DNA of 64,000 bases. Source: Patescibacteria group bacterium (GTDB taxonomy: Bacteria > Patescibacteriota > Doudnabacteria > UBA920). Position numbers and translations under genes: made by a program. Below, piece after piece: positions 28,223-38,046 of the stretch. Location: NCBI GenBank assembly GCA_036726225.1, contig DAIMCS010000004.1:21829-85828 (forward strand), in the 5' to 3' direction. Under the pieces are notes generated by a model. The model worked only from the letters and a program-made list of their open reading frames with translations. It was not told the origin of the DNA and ran no database searches. How positions within the stretch are numbered: the first letter of the stretch is position 1; each line of letters starts with the position of its first letter.

Positions 28223-28642
28223 ATGCCGAAGGTTCAGGTTAATGAAGAAGAATTAAAAAAGAAACTCACGCCCGAGCAGTACCATATACTGCGCGAAAAA
28301 GGGACGGAAGCGCCGGGTACGAGTGAGCTTTTACATGAAAAAGGTAAAGGGATGTTCAATTGCGCCGTTTGCGGCCAGCAATTGTTTGCATCGGACAATA
28401 AATTCGACAGCGGCACCGGCTGGCCTTCCTTTGACCAAGCCCTGCCCGGAGCTGTGGAGTTTAATGAAGACAAAGATTTAGGCATGAGCCGGACCGAGGT
28501 AACCTGCTCGAACTGCGGCAGCCATTTAGGCCACGTATTTGATGACGGCCCAACAAAGACAACCGGTAAAAGATTTTGTATTAATGGCGCGTGCCTAATG
28601 CATAATCCTGAGCCCGTCGAAGGGCACCAGCCTAAGCAGTAA
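28223..28642 (+). CDS. msrB: Peptide-methionine (R)-S-oxide reductase
   Basis: SelR/MsrB fold: two CxxC pairs (CAVCGQQLF; CSNCGSHLGHVF) and the catalytic region; 139 aa. Confidence 0.9.
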   Translation: MPKVQVNEEELKKKLTPEQYHILREKGTEAPGTSELLHEKGKGMFNCAVCGQQLFASDNKFDSGTGWPSFDQALPGAVEFNEDKDLGMSRTEVTCSNCGSHLGHVFDDGPTKTTGKRFCINGACLMHNPEPVEGHQPKQ

Positions 28643-28680
28643 CTGTGCCCTGCCGGAGCTATTAGAAATCTATATATGGA

Positions 28681-28738
28681 TCCCGGATATTTTGCTTTAG
28701 CAAAATTCCGGGATGACACGCTCATAAGAGCGTGTCAT
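28681..28738. terminator. Two tandem hairpins between convergent msrB and the alkA-like gene
   Basis: cccggatattttgc/gcaaaattccggg, then atgacacgctc-ataa-gagcgtgtcat (perfect 11-bp stem). Confidence 0.5.
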
Positions 28739-29334
28739 TTTAAATTCAAGCTCGCCCATAAGTACCTTGCCGCAGTCGTTCGATGCGGGCTCCAAGACTC
28801 TACCAGCTTATGATATTTTTTAGGATGAACTTTTATTTCCAGTTTATACCAGCGCTTAATTGCGTTTTTAAGACCCAAGTCGCCGTGCGAAAATACGTCA
28901 GGCCGGGCCAGCGAAAACATTAAAAACATTTCCGCGCTCCAGCGGCCAATGCCTTTTAACTTAGTAAGGCTGACGATAATTTCTTCATCAGCCATTTTTT
29001 TAAACTGTTTAAAGTCTATTTCTTTTTTAACAATAGCCCTGGCAATACCTTTTATATAATTTACTTTTTGGCCCGAAAGCCCGGCTTTCCTAATACTGGC
29101 TGATGATTTACTTAAAATTTCAATCGCTGACGGGAATCGTCGCCCGCCGAAAATCATCCGAAACCTTTTTTCAATTGTATCTGCCGCCTTGGTGGAAAGC
29201 TGCTGGTTAATAATGGCCACGCATAAAGCTTCAAAGTAACGGTTGTGGGGTTTGTAAGGCTGCAGTTTAATTTGCCTAACAATCTTTTTAAGCACCGGGT
29301 CAACCTCCTCCAAATGCTTACTACTCTTATGCAT
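28735..29334 (-). CDS. HhH-GPD family DNA glycosylase (AlkA / 3-methyladenine glycosylase II-like)
   Basis: HhH-GPD hallmark LTKLKGIGRWSAEMFLMFSL...PDVFSHGDLGL with the catalytic Asp region. Confidence 0.7.
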   Translation of the reverse strand: MHKSSKHLEEVDPVLKKIVRQIKLQPYKPHNRYFEALCVAIINQQLSTKAADTIEKRFRMIFGGRRFPSAIEILSKSSASIRKAGLSGQKVNYIKGIARAIVKKEIDFKQFKKMADEEIIVSLTKLKGIGRWSAEMFLMFSLARPDVFSHGDLGLKNAIKRWYKLEIKVHPKKYHKLVESWSPHRTTAARYLWASLNLK

Positions 29335-29338
29335 AATT

Positions 29339-29932
29339 TTAACTTGGTTTCTTTTTTAAAATTACTTTCCAAAGAATAACGGTAATTAATATTCCGCCAA
29401 TTACCCAAAACCACCAGGAAATTTTATTAAAATATTCCCAGTTAGTTCCGAGCAAATACCCAAGCAAGCAAAACAGGGTAACTTCCGTAAGTTCCCCCAA
29501 AGATTCGTAGAGCAAATACCTTTTATAAGAAAGTTTGGAAAGTCCGGCGGCAACGTTTATAGCCGGCGCAATGGAAGTAAAAAAACGGGTGGAGTAAATA
29601 GTTAAAATAGGATGCGTGTCTAACTTGTCCCTGGCAGCCTCCAGCCTCTCGGGCTTAAAAAACCTGCCTAATTTTATTTTGTTCATAGCAGACATACCAT
29701 AATGCCTTACTAGCCAGTACCCCGCATTGTCGCCTAAAATGTTGCCGGTTAAGCCGACAATAAAAACCGAAACAATATTAAAATGCCCACCTAAGGAAAA
29801 AGCGGAAGCGGCCATAAGTATGCTGCCCGAAGGCAAGGGCAACGCAAAAGCGCCTAAAAACGTAATAAGAAACAGGGCAATATATTTGTAAACTAAAACA
29901 AATGAAAGTAAAGAGGCAAAAATTCCGGCCAT
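29339..29932 (-). CDS. DedA/VTT-family membrane protein
   Basis: Multi-TM; conserved GLTGNILGDNAGYWLVRHYG segment typical of DedA (SNARE-associated) proteins. Confidence 0.75.
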   Translation of the reverse strand: MAGIFASLLSFVLVYKYIALFLITFLGAFALPLPSGSILMAASAFSLGGHFNIVSVFIVGLTGNILGDNAGYWLVRHYGMSAMNKIKLGRFFKPERLEAARDKLDTHPILTIYSTRFFTSIAPAINVAAGLSKLSYKRYLLYESLGELTEVTLFCLLGYLLGTNWEYFNKISWWFWVIGGILITVILWKVILKKKPS

Positions 29933-29935
29933 AAT

Positions 29936-30556
29936 TTAAGCAATTTTGAGCAACTGTGGAAACTTTTTTTTAAATTTTTCCAGCTTGGGGTTAATAACTG
30001 CCTGGCAATAAGGGTTATTAGGATTGTTTTTAAAGTAGTCTTGATGGTAGTTTTCAGCCACATAAAACTTATCAAGCTGCCGGACTTCGGTGACTATGGG
30101 AGCGCTGTATTCTTTTTGAACTGACTGTATATATTTTTCCGATGCCGTTTTTTGCTCGTCCGATGTAAAAAAAATTGCCGAACGGTACTGCTGCCCGACA
30201 TCGTTGCCCTGGCGGTCTTTTGTTGTCGGATCATGAGTGGCAAAAAAAACTTCCAGCAAATTTTCGAATGATATTGTTTTTGGGTCAAATTCAATTTTTG
30301 CCGCTTCAATATGGCCTGTTCCGCCGGCGCATACCATTTCATAGGTGGGATTTTCAGCTAACCCGCCCGTGTAACCCGGCAAGACAGATGACACGCCCTT
30401 TAAATTTTGGAAAATGGCTTCTGTGCACCAAAAACAACCACCCCCAAGGACGGCCACTTCCGCTGAATTTTGTTGATTTTGATCCATAAAAATTTTTAAC
30501 GGGATTTTACTGGTTGTTTTTGGAAAAAGCCTTGCCCCGTACCATGCCGAAGGCAT
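29936..30556 (-). CDS. msrA: Peptide-methionine (S)-S-oxide reductase
   Basis: Active-site GCFWC motif (AVLGGGCFWCTEAIF); PMSR fold length. Confidence 0.9.
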   Translation of the reverse strand: MPSAWYGARLFPKTTSKIPLKIFMDQNQQNSAEVAVLGGGCFWCTEAIFQNLKGVSSVLPGYTGGLAENPTYEMVCAGGTGHIEAAKIEFDPKTISFENLLEVFFATHDPTTKDRQGNDVGQQYRSAIFFTSDEQKTASEKYIQSVQKEYSAPIVTEVRQLDKFYVAENYHQDYFKNNPNNPYCQAVINPKLEKFKKKFPQLLKIA

Positions 30557-30598
30557 TGGTTCGGGGAACCTCCGCCGAATACTGCTGTTTCCATAAAA

Positions 30599-30997
30599 TT
30601 ATTTTAACCTATACTTGCTAATATCTAATTTAAAATCTTTTGTCACTTTTATTCCGTCCTTAATCAATAACTCTCTTTGCAATTCTTTTGTTGCCGTCCA
30701 ATTGCCTTTTATGCTAATTATCCCGTGATTATTTACAACTCTCCACCACGGGACAATAGCCCCTCCCGCCTTAGCGTGCAAAATTGGTTTTGCCCGCTTC
30801 GGCCTACGGGGCTTTGCCCCTTTCCCCAAATTTCCAATGGAAATTTGGGGGCCCCCTAAAATATCAATACTCCTTAAAATCCCGCCTACCTGCCTAGCTG
30901 CCCTTGGAGATCCCGCAGCGGCTGCCACCTGACCATAGCTCACCACTTTGCCTTTTGGAATTTTTTTAACAAATTTTAAGACTCTGTCTTTAAACAT
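30599..30997 (-). CDS. MGMT-family alkyltransferase-like (ATL) protein lacking the active-site Cys
   Basis: VVSYGQVAAAAGSPRAARQVG (HTH of the O6-alkylguanine-DNA-alkyltransferase DNA-binding domain), and VPWWRVV where Ogt has PCHRV. The probable start is the internal Met (MFKDRV); the track ORF extends to 31105 and overlaps the upstream gene. Confidence 0.6.
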   Translation of the reverse strand: MFKDRVLKFVKKIPKGKVVSYGQVAAAAGSPRAARQVGGILRSIDILGGPQISIGNLGKGAKPRRPKRAKPILHAKAGGAIVPWWRVVNNHGIISIKGNWTATKELQRELLIKDGIKVTKDFKLDISKYRLK

Positions 30998-31538
30998 GGA
31001 AAAGCTGCTTGCGTAGAGTTTGATAATTAGGGATGGCTTTTCCAACCAACTGCCAAAAATTTTTACTGTGGTTAAATTCGGCCAAATGGCAAAGCTCGTG
31101 GACAACTAAATAATCTTGCAGCTCACCTGGCAAATGGAGAATTTTGTAATTAAAATTTAAATTACCTTTTCTGCTACAGCTCCCCCATCTGGATTTATGG
31201 TTTTTTATATTCACCCGATTATAATTAAACCCATAAAATTTATTCCATTGTTGAACTTTTGCCAATGCTAATTGTTTTGCCTCATCGCGGTAAACTTTAT
31301 ATTCCCGCTTACCAAACTTTACAATTGGCCGACTTTTAAAGGTTTGGAAGTATGCCAAACTTTTTTCTATCCAGGCAAGCTTGGATTGAATAAATTTATC
31401 AACTAAATTCAAATTAAAGCTAAAAGGCAGGGTAACTACTACCGACAAATCGCAATATACCGCAATTCGCATCCTTTTTGCCCTCGAGCTTACCCTTACA
31501 GAATAAGCTATTGATTTTTGTTCTGTCTTTGCAGCCAT
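30990..31538 (-). CDS. YgjP/DUF45-family metal-dependent hydrolase (M48/WLM-like)
   Basis: HELCHLAEFNHSKNFW zinc-binding motif characteristic of DUF45/YgjP. Confidence 0.7.
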   Translation of the reverse strand: MAAKTEQKSIAYSVRVSSRAKRMRIAVYCDLSVVVTLPFSFNLNLVDKFIQSKLAWIEKSLAYFQTFKSRPIVKFGKREYKVYRDEAKQLALAKVQQWNKFYGFNYNRVNIKNHKSRWGSCSRKGNLNFNYKILHLPGELQDYLVVHELCHLAEFNHSKNFWQLVGKAIPNYQTLRKQLFHV

Positions 31539-31726
31539 TGTTTAATTTTGGTCCACCATGCCAACCGAATGCCAATAAACTCCAAGCCTACAAAAATTAG
31601 CCAGGCTCCCGGAGTCAGCGGAGTTATAAGGGCCAATAACCCAATTACTATTAAAACTATCCCAATAATTTTTTTACCTCTTGGGTATTTTTCTGAAAAA
31701 TTCTTGTATCGTTGCTTTATGTCCAT
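31508..31726 (-). CDS. Small PGPGW-motif transmembrane protein
   Basis: ITPLTPGAWLIFVGLEFIG resembles the PGPGW family core; 72 aa, two TM helices. Confidence 0.45.
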   Translation of the reverse strand: MDIKQRYKNFSEKYPRGKKIIGIVLIVIGLLALITPLTPGAWLIFVGLEFIGIRLAWWTKIKQWLQRQNKNQ

Positions 31727-32172
31727 TAATGGTGTTTATGCTTTTTGACCTGATGCCACAGTACCCAAATAAGAAGCAACAAAACCACCCACACCAAACC
31801 AATGGTAAAAATAACCATTAGGCCAAACCATTTGTGCAGATCCCCAAAAGCTTTATCACCCATTATTTTATAATGGAACTGTCCCGGCATTTCGCTTACC
31901 GCCATGCCCAAGCCTTGGGTCATTATGCCGTACATTTCCCTCTGCTCTTGGCTAGACAAAGTTCCGCTTTGCATTTTTGTCATAAACCCCTGCATTTTTT
32001 GCGCAGCGGCCGGCACTACAGAAGCATTCACCATAGTTCCGGCTTGTCCGGGAACATAGGTAGCGGCCAGCACAAAAACAGGGAGCGCCAACAAAAATAC
32101 AGAAAGCGAAATTAACAATATTTTTTTCATTTTTGTTAGTTTAATGATTTTTTTCATTATAACACACTTCAT
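31726..32172 (-). CDS. Met-rich secreted/membrane protein with a His-rich C-terminal tail
   Basis: Signal peptide; many M-x-x-M/M-x-M motifs (QKMQGFMTKMQSG...REMYGIMTQGLGMAVSEMPGQ); C-terminal TM then HQVKKHKHH. Confidence 0.45.
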   Translation of the reverse strand: MKCVIMKKIIKLTKMKKILLISLSVFLLALPVFVLAATYVPGQAGTMVNASVVPAAAQKMQGFMTKMQSGTLSSQEQREMYGIMTQGLGMAVSEMPGQFHYKIMGDKAFGDLHKWFGLMVIFTIGLVWVVLLLLIWVLWHQVKKHKHH

Positions 32173-32221
32173 AAACCATAGAATTTGTAGGCAATGCCAT
32201 GGACTTACCTAACCAAAAAGC

Positions 32222-32872
32222 CTAAACCTTCTTCCACTCCACGAGCTTGCCCGCTGCAATTTCTATTTTGTCCGCCCTTCTAAGATGGCGGATTTGTTTT
32301 TTATTTAAAATTTTAAAATGCTTAATCTTGTCCAGCTTGTGCGGGATAGCAAAAAGGTTTTTGGCCGATGTCCGCCAGTTAAGTTTGTCAAAATATGCAA
32401 GGTCAAAAAGATGGGAATATTCCCTCAAGGTTTTTTTTCCGTTGTCTAAAAAATATTCGTGGAAAAAAGAAAGCGCCAATTCCCTTACAGTTTTATAAAT
32501 TGGCTCCCGATAGCGCAAAACTCCGTGGTTAGTCTTGGAAATTGCGCCGTAGCAGCCAAATTGCTTAAAAACGGCCACCACATGATCGTCATCATAAGGC
32601 TTAGCCGAACGAAGGTCTAAAACATACGGCCGCGCCCCGTTAAATTCCAAAACCGCGGCCGCAAACATTGCCCCTTCCATACAGTGCGCTTTTTGGGTTT
32701 TTATAACAAAACGGGGCGACATACACGTCTCCCCGCCCTTTTCAAAGTTGATTTTTATGGAATTCAAATAATCCTGAATTTTTTTGGGCGAATTCAGTTT
32801 CTTAAACAGTAAAAGTTCATTCTTGGAATAGGCAAATTTGTTGCTTGTCACTTGTAACCTGTTACTTGTCAC
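32222..32872 (-). CDS. Hypothetical protein with a possible Cys/His/Asp papain-like fold
   Basis: Only CMEGAMFAAAVLE ... DDDHVVAVF ... NHGVL spacing noted; weak. Confidence 0.3.
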   Translation of the reverse strand: MTSNRLQVTSNKFAYSKNELLLFKKLNSPKKIQDYLNSIKINFEKGGETCMSPRFVIKTQKAHCMEGAMFAAAVLEFNGARPYVLDLRSAKPYDDDHVVAVFKQFGCYGAISKTNHGVLRYREPIYKTVRELALSFFHEYFLDNGKKTLREYSHLFDLAYFDKLNWRTSAKNLFAIPHKLDKIKHFKILNKKQIRHLRRADKIEIAAGKLVEWKKV

Positions 32873-33782
32873 TCTTTACCCCATGCCCGCCAAATTGTTT
32901 GCGAAGGAGTGCCACAATTTTGTTTGAAAATTTTTGCTGATTTTCAGCCTGCGACGATTCTTTACGAACATTTAAAGCATCTTCAATCACCCTTACATCA
33001 ACTCCCAACTCTTTTGCCGTACTAACAGTCCACTCCCCTTCTCCGCTCGATGCAATTTCACCGCTCACAGAATCGAAATTTTCCTTTTCAAAAATATTCC
33101 TGGTTAAATCAATTAGCCACGACCTCACCACAGTTCCTTGCTGATAAATCTTGGTGACCTGATTTAGATCAAGATTAAAATTAGATGCATTTAAAACACC
33201 GTAGCCTTCGGCAATAGCTTCCATCATTCCGTATTCAATGCCGTTGTGCACCATTTTTACAAAATGTCCGGCGCCATTTGCTCCAACTAAACCGTAATTT
33301 TCACCCGATGATAAAGCTTTTATTGCCGGTTCAATAATATTCCAATGCTCATGAGGTCCCCCGACCATTAAAGCAAAACCGTTTTTTAAACCCCACACCC
33401 CGCCTGAAGTGCCGCAGTCATAAAATATCACGCCCTTAGATTTCAAACTCTCCGATCTTTTAATGGAATCTTTATAAAAACTATTGCCGCCGTCTATAAC
33501 AATGTCGCCGGCTTTTAAATGCGGCCCGAGTTGGTTTTGCAAAAAATCTTCCACAATTTCATGCGGAAGCATAAGCCAAAAAACTCTTTGCCCAAAAAGC
33601 TTGCCTACTGCCTCAGAGACATCCGATGTTGCCCAGCCGCCAAAATTTTTTAATTCCTCTACTGGTTCACTTGAGCGATTCCAGGCAAAAATCTCAAAGC
33701 CATTTTTATGCAGCCGCTTGGCAATTTGCATACCCATTCTCCCCAAACCAAAAATTGCAATTTGCATAATTTTTCCCTTCAT
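32862..33782 (-). CDS. gnd: 6-phosphogluconate dehydrogenase (decarboxylating), short ~300-aa form
   Basis: N-terminal Rossmann IAIFGLGRMGMQIAKRL; 6PGD family conserved segments (GGNSFYKDS, HFVKMVHNGIEYGMM). Confidence 0.85.
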   Translation of the reverse strand: MKGKIMQIAIFGLGRMGMQIAKRLHKNGFEIFAWNRSSEPVEELKNFGGWATSDVSEAVGKLFGQRVFWLMLPHEIVEDFLQNQLGPHLKAGDIVIDGGNSFYKDSIKRSESLKSKGVIFYDCGTSGGVWGLKNGFALMVGGPHEHWNIIEPAIKALSSGENYGLVGANGAGHFVKMVHNGIEYGMMEAIAEGYGVLNASNFNLDLNQVTKIYQQGTVVRSWLIDLTRNIFEKENFDSVSGEIASSGEGEWTVSTAKELGVDVRVIEDALNVRKESSQAENQQKFSNKIVALLRKQFGGHGVKSDK

Positions 33783-33797
33783 ACTTCATACTTCATA

Positions 33798-35264
33798 CTA
33801 CCTAGTCCACCACTCTTTGCCATCTTTTTTTATTAATTCTTCTGCCTGGGCTGGCCCATTGGAGCCGGATTTGTAACTTAAAACCGGCAGTTTTTTAAAA
33901 GCAGGACTTTCGGTGATGGAATCTACAAACTGCCAGGCAGCCTCAATCTCGTCACTGCGGATAAACAGCCTCTGGTCGCCTTCTAAAAAATCTAAAAGCA
34001 AACGTTCGTAAGCGCCGGGAATTTCTCCCTTAAATGCCATTTTGTAGCTAAAATCCAAATTCCCCTGGTGCAACTTTACCCCAAAACCCGGAATTTTGTT
34101 GTTAATAAGCAGGTTTACGCTTTCGTTAGGCTGGATTTGCAGGGTAAGCACGTTGGCGCTGCAGCCCTCAAACAGGCAACGGACAGGCTCTCTAAAATGA
34201 ATGGAAATTTGCGTAAGCTTTTTGGAAAGTTTTTTTCCTGTGCGCAAATAAAAAGGGACACCCTGCCAACGCGGCAGGTTAATATAGGTTTTTAAAGCAA
34301 AAAAAGTTTCGGTATTGCTGCTGCGAGCAGCCTCTTTTTGGTAGTCCCCATACTGGCCCAACGCCAGGCGCAACGGTAATTTTTCCGCCGTCAAAGATTC
34401 TAAAGCCCTTAAGACTTTTAGTTTTTCGTCGCGAATAAACTCCGCGGTTAAATTGTAAGGCTCATCCATGGCAATTAACGCCAACATTTGGAGCATGTGG
34501 TTTTGCAAAAAATCTTTAATCGCCCCGGTTTGGTCGTAAAAATTTATTCTGCCGCCTGCCCCGTCCTTCTCCAGCACCGAAATTTCCACATGGTCAATGA
34601 AGCGGTTGTTCCAAAGCGGTTCAAACAAGCTGTTGGCAAACCTTAGCACCATTAAGTTTTGTACTGTCTCTTTGCCGGCATAATGGTCAATGCGGTAAAT
34701 TTGGTCTTCTTTAAAATATTTAAGCAACAACGCATTTAGAGCTTGCGCCGATTTTAAATTAAAACCAAAAGGCTTTTCCACTAAAATCCTGACTTTCCGC
34801 TCGTGGGCCTCACAGGTCATAAGCAAGCCGGTTTTCTGCAAAATTTTAGTTAAAGAAGCAAACTGCTGCGGGCTGGTGGCAAAATAAAACAGCCGGTTGT
34901 AGCAAACGTGTTTGGGTTTTTCCTGGTCTGCCAAAATTTTGGCCAGGCCTTCAAAATTTTGGGTCTCTTCAAAGTTGCCTTCAAAATAAACCAAATGTTT
35001 TAAAAATTGCTTTTTTTTGGCCGGAGAAATTTTTTTTAAAACTTTGGATTTCTTTAAAATAAAATCCAAAAAAGATTTGGCCGTAAGCGGCCTTCTGCCC
35101 ACGCAAACCAGCTTAAAGGTTTTAGGCAAAAGCTTATGCTCGTCCATATGCAAAAGCGCGGGCAGTAAATAGTCCGCGGACAAATCCCCGGTGGCCCCAA
35201 AAATTGTGAGAATGGTGGGCGGGAGGTGCTTGTTTAAAAATTTAAAATGAATGTCTTTGGCCAT
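33798..35264 (-). CDS. zwf: Glucose-6-phosphate 1-dehydrogenase
   Basis: IFGATGDL NADP-binding; active-site region RIDHYAGKE; 488 aa. Confidence 0.9.
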   Translation of the reverse strand: MAKDIHFKFLNKHLPPTILTIFGATGDLSADYLLPALLHMDEHKLLPKTFKLVCVGRRPLTAKSFLDFILKKSKVLKKISPAKKKQFLKHLVYFEGNFEETQNFEGLAKILADQEKPKHVCYNRLFYFATSPQQFASLTKILQKTGLLMTCEAHERKVRILVEKPFGFNLKSAQALNALLLKYFKEDQIYRIDHYAGKETVQNLMVLRFANSLFEPLWNNRFIDHVEISVLEKDGAGGRINFYDQTGAIKDFLQNHMLQMLALIAMDEPYNLTAEFIRDEKLKVLRALESLTAEKLPLRLALGQYGDYQKEAARSSNTETFFALKTYINLPRWQGVPFYLRTGKKLSKKLTQISIHFREPVRCLFEGCSANVLTLQIQPNESVNLLINNKIPGFGVKLHQGNLDFSYKMAFKGEIPGAYERLLLDFLEGDQRLFIRSDEIEAAWQFVDSITESPAFKKLPVLSYKSGSNGPAQAEELIKKDGKEWWTR

Positions 35265-35302
35265 ATATTTATTCTAACATCCTGCCGCAAATAAAACCAC
35301 CT

Positions 35303-38011
35303 TCAAGATATTGGGCGCCTTCTCAAGAAAAATTTGCGCACTTCGTCCACAAAAATTACCGCCAAAGCCAAACACAGCACGGTTACCCATTCTGCCAAAG
35401 TAAGCGGCGTGGTTTTTAATATTTTATTAAACCACCCGTTGTGCACGGCCAAAACCTGGACAAATGCATTTACCAAAAAAGCGAGCCAAATATATTTGTT
35501 GCCAAAAATTCTTTTGTTAAAAACGCTTTGCTTAATAAAGCGGCAATTAAAAGCGTTATACCACTGGAATGCGGCCAGTAAAGTTAAAGCCATGGTCTGC
35601 GCTTTAAGCGAATTTACAAAATAATACTGGTTATAAATATAAATGGCCCCCACGGCCATAATCAGCCCAATAATAACCATATGCGTTAAGGTTGAGGGGG
35701 AAACAAAAAACCTGCCTAAAGGAGATTCCCTTTTTTTCAGCACATCTTCCTCCTCCTCTTCCAAAGCAAGCGCAGCGCCGGAGAGCGGGTCGGTAATTAA
35801 ATTTAACCATAAAATTTGTACAGCCGTTACCGGCAAGGGCAAGCCCAGCAAAATACTAATGGAGATGGTTAGAAGTTCACCCAAGGAAGTAGAGAACAAA
35901 AACTGCAAAGCTTTTTTTATATTCGCGCGCATTACCCTGCCCTCTTTAATGGCAGTCACTATGCTGCGCAAATTGTCGTCCAAGAGCACAATGTCGGCTG
36001 CCTCTTTGGCTACCTCGGTGCCAATTTTTCCCATAGCAACGCCAAGGTCTGCGGCAACCAAAGACGGGGCGTCGTTAACCCCGTCGCCCGTCATGGCAAT
36101 AATTTGCCCCGCCCCTTTGTAGGCTTTAATAATTTTCATTTTGTCCTCGGGCGTAACGCGGGCAAAAACAGAGACCTTTTGTAATTTTTCATCTAACTCA
36201 TTGGGTGAAAGCTGGGCCAGCTGGTCTCCGGTAAGAATTTCGTCCCCGGCTTTGAAAATCCCGGCCTCCTGCGCAATGGCTCTGGCAGTAATTTTAAAAT
36301 CTCCAGTTATCATAACCACTTTAAGCCCGGCCTGCTGCGCCGCCATTACGGAAGTTTTAGCCTGCGGCCTGACGGCGTCTTCTATCCCATAAAACCCCCC
36401 GAAAATTAGGTTATCAATATTGTCCAAAGCGTGGGTTTTTTCCAAAAGCTTATAACCAAATGCCACTACCCTCAAACCTTTTTGGGCAAATTCTTCTAAA
36501 ACTTCAGCACAAACCTTTTCATCGGCCCCGGTTTTACTTCTGCTTTGGCCGTTTTCCATTACAGCGGTGCTGCTGTTTAAAATAACTTCCGGCGCGCCGG
36601 CAACCGCGCAAAATACTTTTTGTTGGTGCTCATAAAAAACCGCATGGTATTTATTTTTATGTTCAAAAGGGATTTCCCCGCTTTCTTTGTAGTGTTCCTT
36701 TAAATTGTCGCGCGAAAGGCCGAGCTTTTCAGCAAAGACCAGCATGGCTGCCTCGGTCGGGTCGCCTGACACTTTGTAAGTTTGTGTTGCTTCCATAAGC
36801 TGCACTGCCGCCTTGCCGGTAAGGCCTGCAATTGTAGCTGCCATTTTTACATCCGGGCTATTAGTCTGCACAGCATCGCCTAAAAGCACAAAACCTTTGG
36901 GCTCGTAACCGTCACCGGTAACTTTGTAAATTTTACCGGCCACAAACAGCTGTTTTACCACCATTTGGTTTTCTGTAATGGTACCGGTTTTGTCCACGGC
37001 TAAAATGGTGGCCTGGCCCAAAGCTTCCACGGCCTGAAGTTTTTTTACCAGCGCATTTTTTTTGCTCATGCGCCAAACCCCGTGCGCTAAAATTAAAGTT
37101 AAAATAACCGGCAGGCCTTCGGGAATTACGGACAGCGCCAAAGAAACCACAATAGAAAACATTTCACGGGGCGGGATGTTGGCCTGGATGCCCAAAGTAA
37201 AAAGTGCCACGGAAACAGCCGCAACAAAATAAATAATAAACTTAGAAAGTGCCTTAATGTTTTTCTGGAGCGGCATTTGCTCCTCGGGCATAAGCAAAGC
37301 CCGGCTAATTTTTCCCATTTCAGTAGCCGCGCCCACGGAGACAACCACTGCCCGGCCAAAACCCGAAAGCACAGCCGTGCCTTTAAATATAACGTTGTGC
37401 TGCGAACTGGCCGGCAAATTTTCCTCGTGCAAAACGGTTTCGTGTTTGTTTACCGGGCCCGACTCTCCCGTTAGCGCCGATTCATCTACTTTTAAATTAT
37501 TGCTAAAAATTAGCCGGGCATCGGCAACTACCCGCTGGCCTTCGGAAAGTTCCAGCACATCCCCCATTACTATTTCTGCCTCCGGCACTATTATTTCCTT
37601 GCCGTCACGAATAACCGTAGCCTCGGCAAAAGAAAGTTTTTTTAAACTTTGCAAAATTTTGCCGGCCCTGCCCTCCTGCACCGCCCCAATTAGCGCGTTT
37701 ATAAGCAAAACTACGGCAATAATTATGGAGTCGGCGGTCTCGCCCAAATAAAAAATAATTATTGCGCAGACCAGTAAAATATAAATTAGCGGGCTTTTAA
37801 ATTGCCGAAAAAAAATAACCCACCAGCTTTCCGGCGGTTTTTCGGGAAGTAAGTTGGGTCCGTTTTCTTTTAAACGTTTTTCAGCCTCGGCAAAAGACAA
37901 ACCTTTTTCTAAATTGGTTTTAACTTCGGCTTCAATTTGGCTTTTGATGTACTGGTGCCAGCGCATATAAAAACTAAAAACCTTAAGAATTAACAACTGA
38001 CCGCCTGTCAA
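35303..38011 (-). CDS. P-type cation-transporting ATPase (IIA/Ca2+-type-like)
   Basis: Phosphorylation motif DKTGTITEN; hinge motif MTGDGVNDAPSL; TGES-like motif TGESGPV; about 10 TM helices. Confidence 0.9.
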   Translation of the reverse strand: MTGGQLLILKVFSFYMRWHQYIKSQIEAEVKTNLEKGLSFAEAEKRLKENGPNLLPEKPPESWWVIFFRQFKSPLIYILLVCAIIIFYLGETADSIIIAVVLLINALIGAVQEGRAGKILQSLKKLSFAEATVIRDGKEIIVPEAEIVMGDVLELSEGQRVVADARLIFSNNLKVDESALTGESGPVNKHETVLHEENLPASSQHNVIFKGTAVLSGFGRAVVVSVGAATEMGKISRALLMPEEQMPLQKNIKALSKFIIYFVAAVSVALFTLGIQANIPPREMFSIVVSLALSVIPEGLPVILTLILAHGVWRMSKKNALVKKLQAVEALGQATILAVDKTGTITENQMVVKQLFVAGKIYKVTGDGYEPKGFVLLGDAVQTNSPDVKMAATIAGLTGKAAVQLMEATQTYKVSGDPTEAAMLVFAEKLGLSRDNLKEHYKESGEIPFEHKNKYHAVFYEHQQKVFCAVAGAPEVILNSSTAVMENGQSRSKTGADEKVCAEVLEEFAQKGLRVVAFGYKLLEKTHALDNIDNLIFGGFYGIEDAVRPQAKTSVMAAQQAGLKVVMITGDFKITARAIAQEAGIFKAGDEILTGDQLAQLSPNELDEKLQKVSVFARVTPEDKMKIIKAYKGAGQIIAMTGDGVNDAPSLVAADLGVAMGKIGTEVAKEAADIVLLDDNLRSIVTAIKEGRVMRANIKKALQFLFSTSLGELLTISISILLGLPLPVTAVQILWLNLITDPLSGAALALEEEEEDVLKKRESPLGRFFVSPSTLTHMVIIGLIMAVGAIYIYNQYYFVNSLKAQTMALTLLAAFQWYNAFNCRFIKQSVFNKRIFGNKYIWLAFLVNAFVQVLAVHNGWFNKILKTTPLTLAEWVTVLCLALAVIFVDEVRKFFLRRRPIS

Positions 38012-38046
38012 TTGTTAATCGTAAATTGTCAATTGTATGTTTTGTT

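Noticed and set aside
28234-28725. 163-aa minus-strand ORF overlapping msrB.
   Set aside because: Fully antisense to a canonical MsrB. Cys/Pro-rich and low-complexity.
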